From: an uncultured Solirubrobacterales bacterium
Lineage (GTDB): Bacteria; Actinomycetota; Thermoleophilia; Solirubrobacterales; Solirubrobacteraceae
Length of the DNA stretch: 64,000 nucleotides
Assembly (NCBI GenBank): GCA_963763525.1
Contig: CAVXPA010000007.1
Coordinates: forward strand, 22,676 to 86,675
Reading direction: 5' to 3'
The notes under the pieces were generated by a model. That model saw only the letters and a list, made by a program, of their open reading frames with translations. It had not been told where the DNA came from and ran no database searches. The translations under genes and the position numbers were made by a program. Positions 53,220 to 62,697 of the stretch are shown here, piece after piece; positions within the stretch are counted from its first letter, which is position 1; every line of letters begins with the position of its first letter.

Positions 53220-54351
53220 ATGGGCGAGCTCGAGTGCGACCGAATCTCCGCTTCCTACGGGAGCGGCGAGGTGCTCTCGGAGGTCGACCTCGTCGTCCCC
53301 GACGGCACGCTGACGGCGATTCTCGGCGCGTCCGGCAGCGGCAAGACGACGCTGCTGCGAGTGATCATGGGCTTCGTCCGCCAGCAGCACGGTCGCGTCC
53401 TCGTCGGCGGGTCGGTCGTCGCGCAGGCAGGTGGCGTGCAGCTCGCGCCGGAGAAACGCCTGATCGGCTACGTCGCCCAGGAGGGGGCGCTGTATCCGCA
53501 CCTCACCGTTGCCGAGAACGTCTCGTTCGGTCTGCGCCGGCGCGAGCGCAGGGCGGCGGGGCGCGCGCGGGAGATGCTCGAGCTCGTCGGCCTCGGGACC
53601 GCCTACGCCGCTCGCCGCCCGCACGAGCTCTCAGGTGGCGAGCAGCGGCGCGTCGCACTCGCGCGAGCGCTCGCGCCACGCCCGCCGGTGGTCCTGCTCG
53701 ACGAACCGTTCTCGGGTCTCGACGCGGCGCTCCGAGCCGAGCACGCGCGAAGCCGTCCTGCATGCGCTCTGGGCACAGGGAACGACGGCGGTGCTCGTGA
53801 CCCACGACCAGGCCGAGGCGCTGTCCATGGGGCGAGAGGTGGCCGTGCTGCGGGCCGGCAGGCTCGTGCAGACCGCTCCCGCGGCCGCGCTGTACCGCAC
53901 CCCCGCCGACCTCGACGTGGCGCGGTTCGTCGGCGAGGCGGTCGTGCTCGCCGGTCACGCGCGGCGCGGCCTCGTGCACTGTGCCCTCGGCGACATCCCG
54001 CTGATCGATCCTCACATGCGCGGGTGGGTGCAGACGATGATCCGCCCGGAGCAGATCCTCGTCCGCCGGGCGGGCGGCGAGGCCGTCGGCTCCGGCGCCG
54101 CCCGGCCGGCAACGCCGGCGACCGCGCTTTCGCACGCGTTCTACGGCCCGCACACGGTCCTTCAGCTCCGGCTCGACGGCGTCCTCGAGCCGATCAGCGC
54201 CCGCATCCTCGGACACGACGTGCCGGCACCGGGTGAGCAGATCGTCGTCTCGGTCGTGGGTGCGGTGATGGCCTACCCCGGCGGGCCGGAGGAGTCGAAG
54301 CTCGCGCACGAGCCCGATGCACTGGCCGCGAACACGGCGACGCGACCGTGA
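53220..54351 (+). CDS. Fe3+ ABC transporter ATP-binding protein (FbpC-like); frameshift near 53740
   Basis: GASGSGKT, LSGGEQRRVALARA, LLDEPFSGLD, VTHDQAEA, IRPE. Confidence 0.9.
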
Positions 54352-55418
54352 CGGACCTCGAGACGCGGGCGCCACGGCGACGGCGTGAGCGGGCGCGGTG
54401 GCGTTCGCGACGCGCGAAGCTCGCGGTCGCCGGCATCACGGCGCTCGTCCTCGGCCTGGCGCTGGCGGGCTGCGGAGGCGGCGATCCGAACTCGATCGTT
54501 CTCTACAACGGCCAGCACCCGCAGCTCACCGATGCGCTCGTGCAGGCCTTCACGCGAGCGACCGGGATCCACGTCAGCGTCCGGACGGCTGACGGGATCG
54601 TGCTCGCGGATCAGATCCTCCAGGAGGGCAGCTCCTCGCCCGCGGACGTCTATCTGACAGAGAACTCGCCGGAGCTGATGGACCTCGAAGGGCACCGGCT
54701 CCTCGCCCGGCTGCCGGGATCGACGCTCACTCAGATCCCCGCCCGCGAGCGCTCCCCGGCGGGCGACTGGGTCGGGGTCGCTCTGCGCGTCTCGAGCCTC
54801 GCGTACGACCCGGCGCGACTGTCGCGCGGCGCGCTCCCAGCGTCGGTTCTGCAGCTGGCCGAGCCGCAGTGGAAGGGCCGGATCGCAATCGCCCCGACCG
54901 ATTCGGACTTCCCACCGCTGGTCGGAGCGGTGATCGCCCGATACGGGACCGTGGCCGCGGCGCGCTGGCTCGCCGGGCTGCGCCACAACGCACAGCTCTA
55001 TCAGGACGAGGAGGGCGTCGTTGCCGCGGTCAACCGCGGCGACGTCGCGGCCGGGATCGTCAACCAGTACTACTGGTACCGCCTGCGTCTGGAGCTCGGC
55101 GCCGGCGCCACGCACAGCGCGCTCTATTACTTCCCGAACCACGACCCTGGCTCGATCGAGAACATCTCGGGCGCCGCGGTGCTCGCCTCGAGCAGGCATC
55201 GCCGCGCGGCGGACGCGTTCGTCGCGTTCATCGTCTCGCCGGCCGCTCAGCGCATCCTCTCGGGCGGCTACGACTTCGAGTATCCGGCACGGCCGGGGAT
55301 CGCGGCGAACCCGGCCCTCCCGCCGCTCAGCGACGTCTCCCCCGCGATCCTGAATCCCGTGGCGCTGGGAACCGATCAGAAGGCGGTCGCGCTGATCCAG
55401 CAGGCCGGGCTCGTCTGA
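54348..55418 (+). CDS. Fe3+ ABC transporter substrate-binding lipoprotein (FbpA/FutA-like)
   Basis: LAGC lipobox, LYNGQH, SPADVY, NQYYWY tyrosine pair, FEYP. Confidence 0.9.
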   Translation: MTDLETRAPRRRRERARWRSRRAKLAVAGITALVLGLALAGCGGGDPNSIVLYNGQHPQLTDALVQAFTRATGIHVSVRTADGIVLADQILQEGSSSPADVYLTENSPELMDLEGHRLLARLPGSTLTQIPARERSPAGDWVGVALRVSSLAYDPARLSRGALPASVLQLAEPQWKGRIAIAPTDSDFPPLVGAVIARYGTVAAARWLAGLRHNAQLYQDEEGVVAAVNRGDVAAGIVNQYYWYRLRLELGAGATHSALYYFPNHDPGSIENISGAAVLASSRHRRAADAFVAFIVSPAAQRILSGGYDFEYPARPGIAANPALPPLSDVSPAILNPVALGTDQKAVALIQQAGLV

Positions 55419-55462
55419 GACCGTCGCGCTGATTCAGCAGGCCGGACTCGTCTGAGTCCGTC
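55386..55462. repeat. Duplication (37-bp period) of the 3' end of the iron-binding protein gene
   Basis: GTCGCGCTGAT(C/T)CAGCAGGCCGG(G/A)CTCGTCTGAG(A/T)CCGTC at 55386 and 55423. Confidence 0.85.
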
Positions 55463-55474
55463 CCCCGAGGTCCG

Positions 55475-56098
55475 TCAGAGGCCGCGCTCGACGTTGTCGA
55501 GCATGCGATCGCGCGCGGCGTCGCGCATCGCGCCGGGCAGCTCGCGCAGCGGCCCCTCCAGCACCAGCATGCTGAACCCGTGGACCGCGGACCAGGCCGC
55601 GATTTCGGCGTACTCCCGACGCTCCGGTGGGATCACGCCGGCAGCGGCGAGCGCATCGAGCTGGGCGCTCAGGATCCCAAATGGACCCAGCCCCGATTCG
55701 CCCACACCTTCGTGCGGGCCGAAGGGGGGCAGGCTCGAGGGAACCGCGAAGGCAGTGCGGAACAAACCCGGCTCCGATAGCGCGAACTGGACGTAGGCCG
55801 AGCCCGTCGCCCGCAACCGCCGAAACGCGGCCTCAGGGGTCTGGTCCCGCTCGTCGACCTCGGCGATCAGACGCTCCATCAGCGTCGCCAGCTCGCTCAT
55901 GCACCGCTCGGCGACTGCCTTGAGCAGCGCATCGCGATCGGGGAAGTGGCGGTAGGCGGCGTTGTGCGAGACGCCGACACGACGCGACGCCTCGCGGACG
56001 ACGATCGCTCCCGGCCCGCCTTCGCGCGCGAGCTCGACCCCGGCGTCGACGAGCGCGGCGCGGAGGTTGCCGTGGTGGTAGCGCGTCTTCGTCGTCAC
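55475..56098 (-). CDS. TetR-family regulator (WHG domain)
   Basis: YHHGNLRAAL, GVSHNAAYRHF, WSAVHGF. Confidence 0.92.
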   Translation of the reverse strand: MTTKTRYHHGNLRAALVDAGVELAREGGPGAIVVREASRRVGVSHNAAYRHFPDRDALLKAVAERCMSELATLMERLIAEVDERDQTPEAAFRRLRATGSAYVQFALSEPGLFRTAFAVPSSLPPFGPHEGVGESGLGPFGILSAQLDALAAAGVIPPERREYAEIAAWSAVHGFSMLVLEGPLRELPGAMRDAARDRMLDNVERGL

Positions 56099-56132
56099 AG
56101 AAGTCCTTGTCGTAAATCGGACACGAAAGGAT

Positions 56133-56184
56133 GTTGACAGTGTCCACACATATCTGCAACTATACCGGTGTTGCTGCTGTCAAC
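56133..56184. promoter_or_regulatory. Two probable TetR operators between divergent tetR and MFS genes
   Basis: GTTGACAGTGTCCAC (56133-56147) and GTTGCTGCTGTCAAC (56170-56184), imperfect GTTGACAnTGTCAAC palindromes. Confidence 0.65.
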
Positions 56185-56206
56185 TTCACGATTTGGAGAA
56201 GAAACC

Positions 56207-57760
56207 GTGCGCAATGCTTCCAAAGCTTCTCGAGGGGCGATCCTCGCCGCCGTCTGCCTCGCGGCGCTGGCGATCAACATCGACACGACGATCGTCAACG
56301 TCGCACTGCCGTCGTTGACCCGGCAGCTCGGGGCGAGCACCAGCCAACTGCAGTGGATCGTCGATGGCTACAACCTCGCGTTCGCGGCGCTCGTGCTTGC
56401 TGCCGGCAGCTTCGGCGATCGCTTCGGCCGCAGGCCGGCGCTGCTCGCCGGCTTGCTCGGGTTCGCCGCCGCCAGCGCCGCCGGCGCCGCCTGCGTGACG
56501 GCCGGCGAGCTGATCGCCGCCCGGTTCGTGATGGGCGCCTTCGCCGCGCTGATCTTCCCCACGACGCTGTCGGTCATCACCAACACGTTCACCGATCGCG
56601 CCGAACGCGCGAAGGCGATCGGCGTGTGGGGCGCGGTCACCGGCCTCGGGGTGGCGATCGGACCTGTCACCGGCGGGCTGCTGCTGAGCATCTTCGCTTG
56701 GCCGAGCGTGTTCCTCGCGCTCGTCCCGCTCGCCCTGCTGGCCGCGGTCGCCGTCTGGCGGGTCGTGCCCGAGTCGAGCGACCCGGCGGCGCCACCGATC
56801 GATCGCGCGGGCCTGTTGAGCGCCACGGTCGCGATCGGGACCCTCGTCTACACGATCATCGAGGCACCCGGACACGGTTGGACGTCCGCGCCGACGCTGA
56901 TCGGATTCGCCATCGCGCTCCTCGCCACGATCGCGTTCGTGCGGATCGAGAAGCGCCGCGAGCACCCGATGCTCGACGTGTCGCTGTTCCGCCACCGCGC
57001 GTTCACCGCGGCGAGCGGCTCGGTGACCGTCGCGTTCTTCGCCCTGTTCGGCTTCATCTTTCTGATCACGCAGTACTTCCAGTTCGTCCGCGGTTACGGC
57101 ACGCTCTCGACCGGCGCCCGCATCCTGCCGGTCGCGCTCAGCGTCGGCGCTGCGTCGGTCCTCGGCGCGAACCTCGCGGGACGGCTGGGGACCCGGACGA
57201 TCGTCGTCAGCGGCCTGGCGCTGCTGGGCGCCTCCTTCCTGTGGATCTCGCAGGCGGGCGTCTCCCTGCCCTACACGACGATCGTGTTGCAGATGGTGAT
57301 GATGGGCACCGGCCTCGGCCTGACGACCGCGCCCGCGACCGAGTCGATCCTCAGCGTGCTGCCGCCCGCCAAGGCAGGTGTCGGCTCGGCCGTCAACGAC
57401 GCCACCCGCGAGACTGGCGGAACGCTCGGCGTCGCGATCATCGGCAGCGTCTACACCTCGCTGTACGCGTCGCACCTGCTGCACTCGAGCGCGGCGCACC
57501 TACCGGCTGGCGCGCTTCGGCTCGCCCAGAGCTCGGTCGGCGCAGGCTACGCGGTCGCGGCGCGCGTCCCGGGACCGCTGCACGCCACCGTCGTGGACTC
57601 GATCCAGAGCGCGTTCATGACCGGTCTGCACGCCGGATGCCTGGTCGCGGCCGGCATCTGCGCCATCGGCGCGGCCGGCGCGCTGGCGCTGCCCGGCTCT
57701 CCACTCCGGCGCGAATCGTCAGAGACCACGGTGGCGGCGGGACTCGCGGCCGGCAACTGA
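56207..57760 (+). CDS. DHA2 MFS efflux transporter
   Basis: NIDTTIVNVALP, GDRFGRR, GSAVNDATRETGG; about 14 TMs. Confidence 0.92.
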   Translation: MRNASKASRGAILAAVCLAALAINIDTTIVNVALPSLTRQLGASTSQLQWIVDGYNLAFAALVLAAGSFGDRFGRRPALLAGLLGFAAASAAGAACVTAGELIAARFVMGAFAALIFPTTLSVITNTFTDRAERAKAIGVWGAVTGLGVAIGPVTGGLLLSIFAWPSVFLALVPLALLAAVAVWRVVPESSDPAAPPIDRAGLLSATVAIGTLVYTIIEAPGHGWTSAPTLIGFAIALLATIAFVRIEKRREHPMLDVSLFRHRAFTAASGSVTVAFFALFGFIFLITQYFQFVRGYGTLSTGARILPVALSVGAASVLGANLAGRLGTRTIVVSGLALLGASFLWISQAGVSLPYTTIVLQMVMMGTGLGLTTAPATESILSVLPPAKAGVGSAVNDATRETGGTLGVAIIGSVYTSLYASHLLHSSAAHLPAGALRLAQSSVGAGYAVAARVPGPLHATVVDSIQSAFMTGLHAGCLVAAGICAIGAAGALALPGSPLRRESSETTVAAGLAAGN

Positions 57761-57803
57761 GCGCCAGAATGGTCCGAATGTTCGTGCAATCACAGGCGAC
57801 GCG

Positions 57804-58727
57804 GTGCGCGTAGCGCTGACGGGCGCGACCGGCCTGATCGGGGGTGCCGTCGTCCCGGCGCTCCTCGGGCGCGGCGACAGCGTCGTCGTGCTGACCCGAG
57901 ATCCGGATCGAGCGCGATCGGCGCTCGGCGAGCGCGTCGAGCTCATTCGGTGGATCGAGCCGGAGCGCTCGCCCCCGCCCGCCGGGCTCGCCGGGACCGA
58001 TGCCGTGATCAACCTGCTGGGCGAGCCGATCGCCCAGCGCTGGAGTCCCGCGGTCAAGCGCGAGATCCACGACTCGCGCGTGCTCGGCACGAGGTCCCTG
58101 ATTGCCGGTCTGGCGGCGCTGGCGGACGGCGAGCGTCCGAAGATTCTGATCTCGCAGTCGGCGACGGGCTACTACGGCCCGCGCGCCGACGAGGCGATCG
58201 ACGAGTCGCCCCGGCCCGGCAACGACTTCGTGGCCGGGGTCGTGGTGGACTGGGAGCACGAGGCCGAGCAGGCGCCCGCGGGCATTCGCGTCGCGCTGAC
58301 CCGGACCGGCGTCGTTCTCGCGCCGCACGGCGGCGCGCTGGCGAAGATGCTGCCGCCCTTCCGGCTCGGCCTCGGCGGGCCGGTTGGCGGAGGCCGGCAA
58401 TACGTGCCGTGGATCCACGTGGGCGACGTTGCCGGCGCGCTGCTGCGCTGCCTCGATGACGAGGGCGCGGTGGGGCCGGTGAACGTCACCGCTCCCAACC
58501 CCGTCACGAACGCCGAGCTGTCGCGGGCGCTCGGGCGCGCGCTTCACCGGCCGGCTGTCCTGCCCGTCCCGGGCGCGGCGGTGCGCGCGCTCTACGGCGA
58601 GATGGCGACGATCGTCCTGACGGGTCAGCGGGTGCTGCCGGCACGGCTGCTCGAGCTCGGCTACGAGTTTCGCTTCCCGGAGCTCGAGCCCGCGTTGCGC
58701 GACGTACTGCGGCGGGCGCCGGAGTAG
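57804..58727 (+). CDS. TIGR01777-family NAD-dependent epimerase/oxidoreductase
   Basis: TGATGLIG, NLLGEPI, SATGYYG, RTGVVL, LGGPVGGGRQYVPWIH, GQRVLP. Confidence 0.92.
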   Translation: MRVALTGATGLIGGAVVPALLGRGDSVVVLTRDPDRARSALGERVELIRWIEPERSPPPAGLAGTDAVINLLGEPIAQRWSPAVKREIHDSRVLGTRSLIAGLAALADGERPKILISQSATGYYGPRADEAIDESPRPGNDFVAGVVVDWEHEAEQAPAGIRVALTRTGVVLAPHGGALAKMLPPFRLGLGGPVGGGRQYVPWIHVGDVAGALLRCLDDEGAVGPVNVTAPNPVTNAELSRALGRALHRPAVLPVPGAAVRALYGEMATIVLTGQRVLPARLLELGYEFRFPELEPALRDVLRRAPE

Positions 58728-58756
58728 CCATGCGAACCTTGACGGGGCACTAATAG

Positions 58757-59224
58757 GTGGCCGTCTCGGTGGAAACGAAGATCGAGATCGCGCGCCCACC
58801 AGCGGAAGTGGCGGCCTACGCAAGCGACCCCGATCGCGCGCCGGAGTGGTATCGCCGCATCAGGTCCGTGCAGTGGGAGTCGCCCCCGCCGCTGGCGGTC
58901 GGCTCGAGATTGGCATTCGTCGCACGGTTCCTCGGCCGCCCGCTGTCCTACACGTACGAGGTGACGGAACTCGTCCCGGCGGCGCGGTTCGTGATGAAAA
59001 CCGCGGAGGGGCCGTTCCCGATGGAGACGACGTACACGTGGGAGGAGCTGCCGGACGGCTCGACCAGGATGACGCTGCGCAACCAGGGCGAGCCGGCGCG
59101 ATTCTCGAACCTCTCGGCACGCCTCATCTCGCGGTCGATCAGACGTGCCAACGAAGCCGACCTGCGCACGCTCAAGGAGATCCTGGAGCGGGACTCGCAC
59201 GGACGCCCCCCGATCAGAAGGTGA
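58757..59224 (+). CDS. SRPBCC/polyketide-cyclase family protein
   Basis: IEIARP..EVAAYASDP...PEWY, GPFPMETTY, DLRTLKEILE. Confidence 0.85.
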   Translation: MAVSVETKIEIARPPAEVAAYASDPDRAPEWYRRIRSVQWESPPPLAVGSRLAFVARFLGRPLSYTYEVTELVPAARFVMKTAEGPFPMETTYTWEELPDGSTRMTLRNQGEPARFSNLSARLISRSIRRANEADLRTLKEILERDSHGRPPIRR

Positions 59225-59233
59225 GGTTCCAAG

Positions 59234-59575
59234 ATGGCGTACGACCACGATCTCGCCAACCGCATTCGCGAGCAGCTCGCCGATCAGCCCGACATCACCG
59301 AGAAGGCGATGTTCGGCGGCCTGGCCTTTCTGCTACACGGGAACATGTCGGTGGCGGCATCGGGGCAGGGCGGGCTGCTGGTTCGGGTCGACCCGGAGGA
59401 GAGCGACGCCGTTCTAGCGCGACCGCACGCCGAGTTGATGGTGATGCGCGGACGCGCGATGGCCGGGTGGATCCGCGTCGCGCCCGAGGGGGTCAAGACG
59501 AAGCGTCAGCTGGGCGCCTGGGTGCGCCGCGGCGTGGAGTTCGCGAGCACGCTGCCGCCGAAGGGCGAGGGCTAG
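59234..59575 (+). CDS. TfoX/Sxy N-terminal domain protein
   Basis: MAYD, EKAMFGGLAFLLHGNM, LLVRV, MAGWIRV, LPPK. Confidence 0.88.
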   Translation: MAYDHDLANRIREQLADQPDITEKAMFGGLAFLLHGNMSVAASGQGGLLVRVDPEESDAVLARPHAELMVMRGRAMAGWIRVAPEGVKTKRQLGAWVRRGVEFASTLPPKGEG

Positions 59576-59584
59576 CCCGCCAAA

Positions 59585-60385
59585 TCACGGCTTGAGCGCG
59601 ACCGCGGCCTCCGGCGTCGCGACGTGGAACGTGAAGCTCTCCTCGAGATACAGCCGCACCACGTCGCCGTCGTGTGAGTCATAGCCGATCGACAGGTCCT
59701 CGCCGGACTCGAACACGAAATCCCCGCCGCGCTGGCTGACCACGACCGCGCCGGTCACGCCCGGCGCCCACACGATCGGCCCGCCGAGGATCCCTCGCAG
59801 GTGCTCGAGCAGCGGATAACCGCCGCGCTCGGCCGTCTCGATCACGAGCCGGTACTGCTCGCGCCCCAGCGCGAGGCCGTACGGGCCACCGATGCCGCTG
59901 TTGAGCAGCGTCTCGACTGCACGAGCGACGACGCGTGGATACGCGTTCGGCGTCTCGCCGAGCGACTGGTGCTCATGCGGGGTGCGGTCGCCGATCCCGG
60001 CGACGGCCCCCTCCCAGCCGTGCAGCACGGCGGTGTTCTCGGTCGTCGCGATCTGATGCGCGGCCTGATCCAACGGGCCGAGGTCGGTGTCGTCGGCGCC
60101 CCGGTCGGCGTCGCGCAGCTCCGCGCGAGAGAGCGCGAAGTCGGCCCGCAGCTCGACCACCGCGACGACGTGTCGCTGTAGAGCCGTCACGCCCTCGGCC
60201 GGCACCGTCGCCAGCGGCGTCACGCGCCCGAGGTTCATGGCCGAGTATTCCCATCCGTGCGGGCCGGAGAAGTCGACGAGCTTACGCGCCGCGAGCGCGG
60301 GCGTCAGTCGCTCACGCGCCTCCTCATCCAGCATCTCCCAGCCCGCGTCACTGATCGGCGCCTTGCCGCGGAGCAGGTGGTTCAT
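59585..60385 (-). CDS. Family 1 encapsulin shell protein (linocin M18 type)
   Basis: MNHLLRGKAPISDAGW, RKLVDFSGPHGW, ELRADF, GPYGLAL, GYPL, GEDLSIGY, LYLEESFTF, PEAAV. Confidence 0.95.
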   Translation of the reverse strand: MNHLLRGKAPISDAGWEMLDEEARERLTPALAARKLVDFSGPHGWEYSAMNLGRVTPLATVPAEGVTALQRHVVAVVELRADFALSRAELRDADRGADDTDLGPLDQAAHQIATTENTAVLHGWEGAVAGIGDRTPHEHQSLGETPNAYPRVVARAVETLLNSGIGGPYGLALGREQYRLVIETAERGGYPLLEHLRGILGGPIVWAPGVTGAVVVSQRGGDFVFESGEDLSIGYDSHDGDVVRLYLEESFTFHVATPEAAVALKP

Positions 60386-60420
60386 CGCGCCGGCCGTTCG
60401 AATCGCTGCCCAGAGCCCAT
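60382..60420 (-). other. 12-codon mini-ORF (MGSGQRFERPAR) coupled to the encapsulin start
   Basis: GAAAGGA SD 8 nt before its ATG; its TGA overlaps the encapsulin ATG (ATGA). Confidence 0.5.
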
Positions 60421-60493
60421 CAGGTCGGTCCTTTCGTTGGTCGTGTCACTGCACGCTATCTCGCGCGCACGGGCTGTGGTTGGCTGGACGCCC

Positions 60494-62593
60494 TCAGAAC
60501 GAGACCTCGGAGCCCATGATGACCGTCCGGTCGCTCGGGAGGCCGAAGTGCTCGATCGGGCTCGCCGCATTGCGCGACATCCCGATGAACAGCTTCTTGC
60601 GCCACGCGTGCATCTCGTGCGCGTCGGACGGCACGATCGTCATCCGCGAGACGAAATACGACGCGTGCTCGAGGTCGAGGTTGCGCTCGAGCTTTCCGGC
60701 CTTGCGCGCGAGCGCGAGGTCCGCGGGCACGTTGACGGCGTCCTGGTAACCCTGCCGGATCGTGACGTGCGCGACCTTGAACAGGCCCTGGCCGAGCCGC
60801 TCGACGACGAACCGCTTCTCCGGCGGGACATGAGGGATGCCAACCGGATCGGCCGAGACGATCACGACCTTCTCGTGCAGCGCGTGGTTGTGCTCGACCT
60901 GCGCACGCAGCGCGAGCGGCGTGGTCTCCTTGCCGGGGCTGAGGAAGATCGCGGTACCGGGCAGGCGCACGATCGGCGGCTGCGCGGTCCGAAGGCCAGC
61001 GAGGAAATCCTTCAGCGAACCTTCCTGCTGCGTTCGGTTGCGCGTCACCAGATCCCGTCCGCGCCGCCAGGTCAACATCAGCGCCGAGATCACGAGCCCG
61101 ACGGCGAGCGGGAGATACGCGCCGTGCGCGATCTTCGCGATGTTGGCGCTGAAGAACGCGACCTCGACGAACAGGAACAGCCCGCCGAGCAGCGCGAGCT
61201 TCCAGATCGCCGTGTGCCACAGCGCCCGGGCGACCGCGAGGAACAGGACAGTGTTGAGAATGAACGTCCCGGTGACGGCGACCCCATACATGTCGGCGAG
61301 CCGGGCCGAGGAGCGGAACACCAGCACGAGCACCGCGACTCCGAGGCACAACGCCCAGTTGACGATCGGCACGTAGATCTGGCCCTCGAGTCGCGAGGTG
61401 TGCTTGATCCGCATGCGCGGCAGGAAGCCGAGCTGGACGGCCTGGCGGGCGACCGAGAACGACCCCGTGATGACGGCCTGGGACGCGATGACCGTCGCGA
61501 TCGTCGCGAGGAACACCATCGGCAGCTGCCCCCAGTGCGGCACGAGCAGCAGGAACGGGTTCTGGGTCGCGCTCGGCTTCTGCAGGATCAGCGCGGCCTG
61601 GCCGAGGTAGTTCAGCATCAGACACGGAAACACGATCATGTACCAGGTGGAGCGAATCGGCCCGGCGCCGAAGTGTCCGCGATCCGCATACAGCGCCTCG
61701 GCACCCGTGCAGCACAGCACGACCCCGCCGAGGCTCAGCCACGCGGCCGAGCCGCCGTCGATCATGTAGCGCGCGGCCCAGACCGGCGAGAGGCCCTGGA
61801 GGACGCTCGGGTGCGGGATCAGCTCGCGGGCGCCGACGATTCCCAGGACCAAGAACCAGAACAGCATCACCGGGCCGAACAGCCAGCCGACAGCGCCCGT
61901 GCCCTTTCGCTGGATCGCGAACAGGACGAGCAGGATCGCGAGCGAGATCGGCACCACGAGGTGCGACAGCGCGGGGGCCGCGATATTCAACCCTTCCACA
62001 GCCGAGATGACCGAGATCGCCGGCGTGACCATCCCATCGCCGAAGAACAACGAGGCGCCGAAGATCCCCAACGTCAGGAACAGCGCCATATGCTTCACGC
62101 TGAGCCGCTGGACGAGCGCCGTCAGCGCCATGATCCCGCCGTCGCCGCGGTTGTGGGCGCGCATGATGAAGCCCGCATACTTGATCGAGACGATGACCGT
62201 CAGGGTCCAGAAGATCAGGGAAGCGATGCCGTAGACGCCGGCCGGAGTCGTGTGCGCGGCATGCGGATAGGCGGTGAACACCGTCTGCTCGGTGTACAGC
62301 GGGCTCGTGCCGATGTCGCCGTACACGACTCCGAGCGCGCCGAGCGCGAGGACCGTGCGGGCGGCGTGTGCGACGACGTCGTGGTCCGCGTCGGCCGCCG
62401 GGATCGAGCCGTCGTCCGCGTCGGACACCCGGGCTGGCGCGGGCTCGACCCGCCAGTGACCGAGCTTGTGTGCCGCCTCGTTGAATGTGCGCCGGATGCG
62501 CGGGCTCGCCGCGGCGCCGGGGTCGGTCTCGCCGGCGCCGGCCGCGTCAACGGGCGCCGCCTCTTCCAGCGTCCCCCGTGGCTTCGTGGTCAC
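60494..62593 (-). CDS. kup: KUP/HAK/KT potassium transporter
   Basis: LGVVYGDIGTSPLY, GDGGIMAL, GDGMVTPAISV, TGAEALYAD, ASQAVITG, GQIYVP, YGVAVT. Confidence 0.96.
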   Translation of the reverse strand: MTTKPRGTLEEAAPVDAAGAGETDPGAAASPRIRRTFNEAAHKLGHWRVEPAPARVSDADDGSIPAADADHDVVAHAARTVLALGALGVVYGDIGTSPLYTEQTVFTAYPHAAHTTPAGVYGIASLIFWTLTVIVSIKYAGFIMRAHNRGDGGIMALTALVQRLSVKHMALFLTLGIFGASLFFGDGMVTPAISVISAVEGLNIAAPALSHLVVPISLAILLVLFAIQRKGTGAVGWLFGPVMLFWFLVLGIVGARELIPHPSVLQGLSPVWAARYMIDGGSAAWLSLGGVVLCCTGAEALYADRGHFGAGPIRSTWYMIVFPCLMLNYLGQAALILQKPSATQNPFLLLVPHWGQLPMVFLATIATVIASQAVITGSFSVARQAVQLGFLPRMRIKHTSRLEGQIYVPIVNWALCLGVAVLVLVFRSSARLADMYGVAVTGTFILNTVLFLAVARALWHTAIWKLALLGGLFLFVEVAFFSANIAKIAHGAYLPLAVGLVISALMLTWRRGRDLVTRNRTQQEGSLKDFLAGLRTAQPPIVRLPGTAIFLSPGKETTPLALRAQVEHNHALHEKVVIVSADPVGIPHVPPEKRFVVERLGQGLFKVAHVTIRQGYQDAVNVPADLALARKAGKLERNLDLEHASYFVSRMTIVPSDAHEMHAWRKKLFIGMSRNAASPIEHFGLPSDRTVIMGSEVSF

Positions 62594-62697
62594 GCGATCC
62601 CTGCCGTCCCGGCCACGACTGGTTTTGTAACCATTCCCCTACGGACGATAGCCCAGCCTGCACCCGCCACGTGCTAGGGATTGGGTGCTTGCGGCGC

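Noticed and set aside
551-54351. Many frameshifted genes read as pseudogenes or programmed frameshifts
   Set aside because: Single-base indels are scattered across unrelated genes whose motifs are intact and which lack internal stops. This fits long-read consensus error better; polishing or read inspection would confirm.
59585-60385. Prophage capsid or bacteriocin
   Set aside because: The sequence is a typical family 1 encapsulin and no phage genes are nearby.
62594-62697. c-di-AMP (ydaO) riboswitch upstream of kup
   Set aside because: The region is short and I could not find the conserved ydaO motifs.
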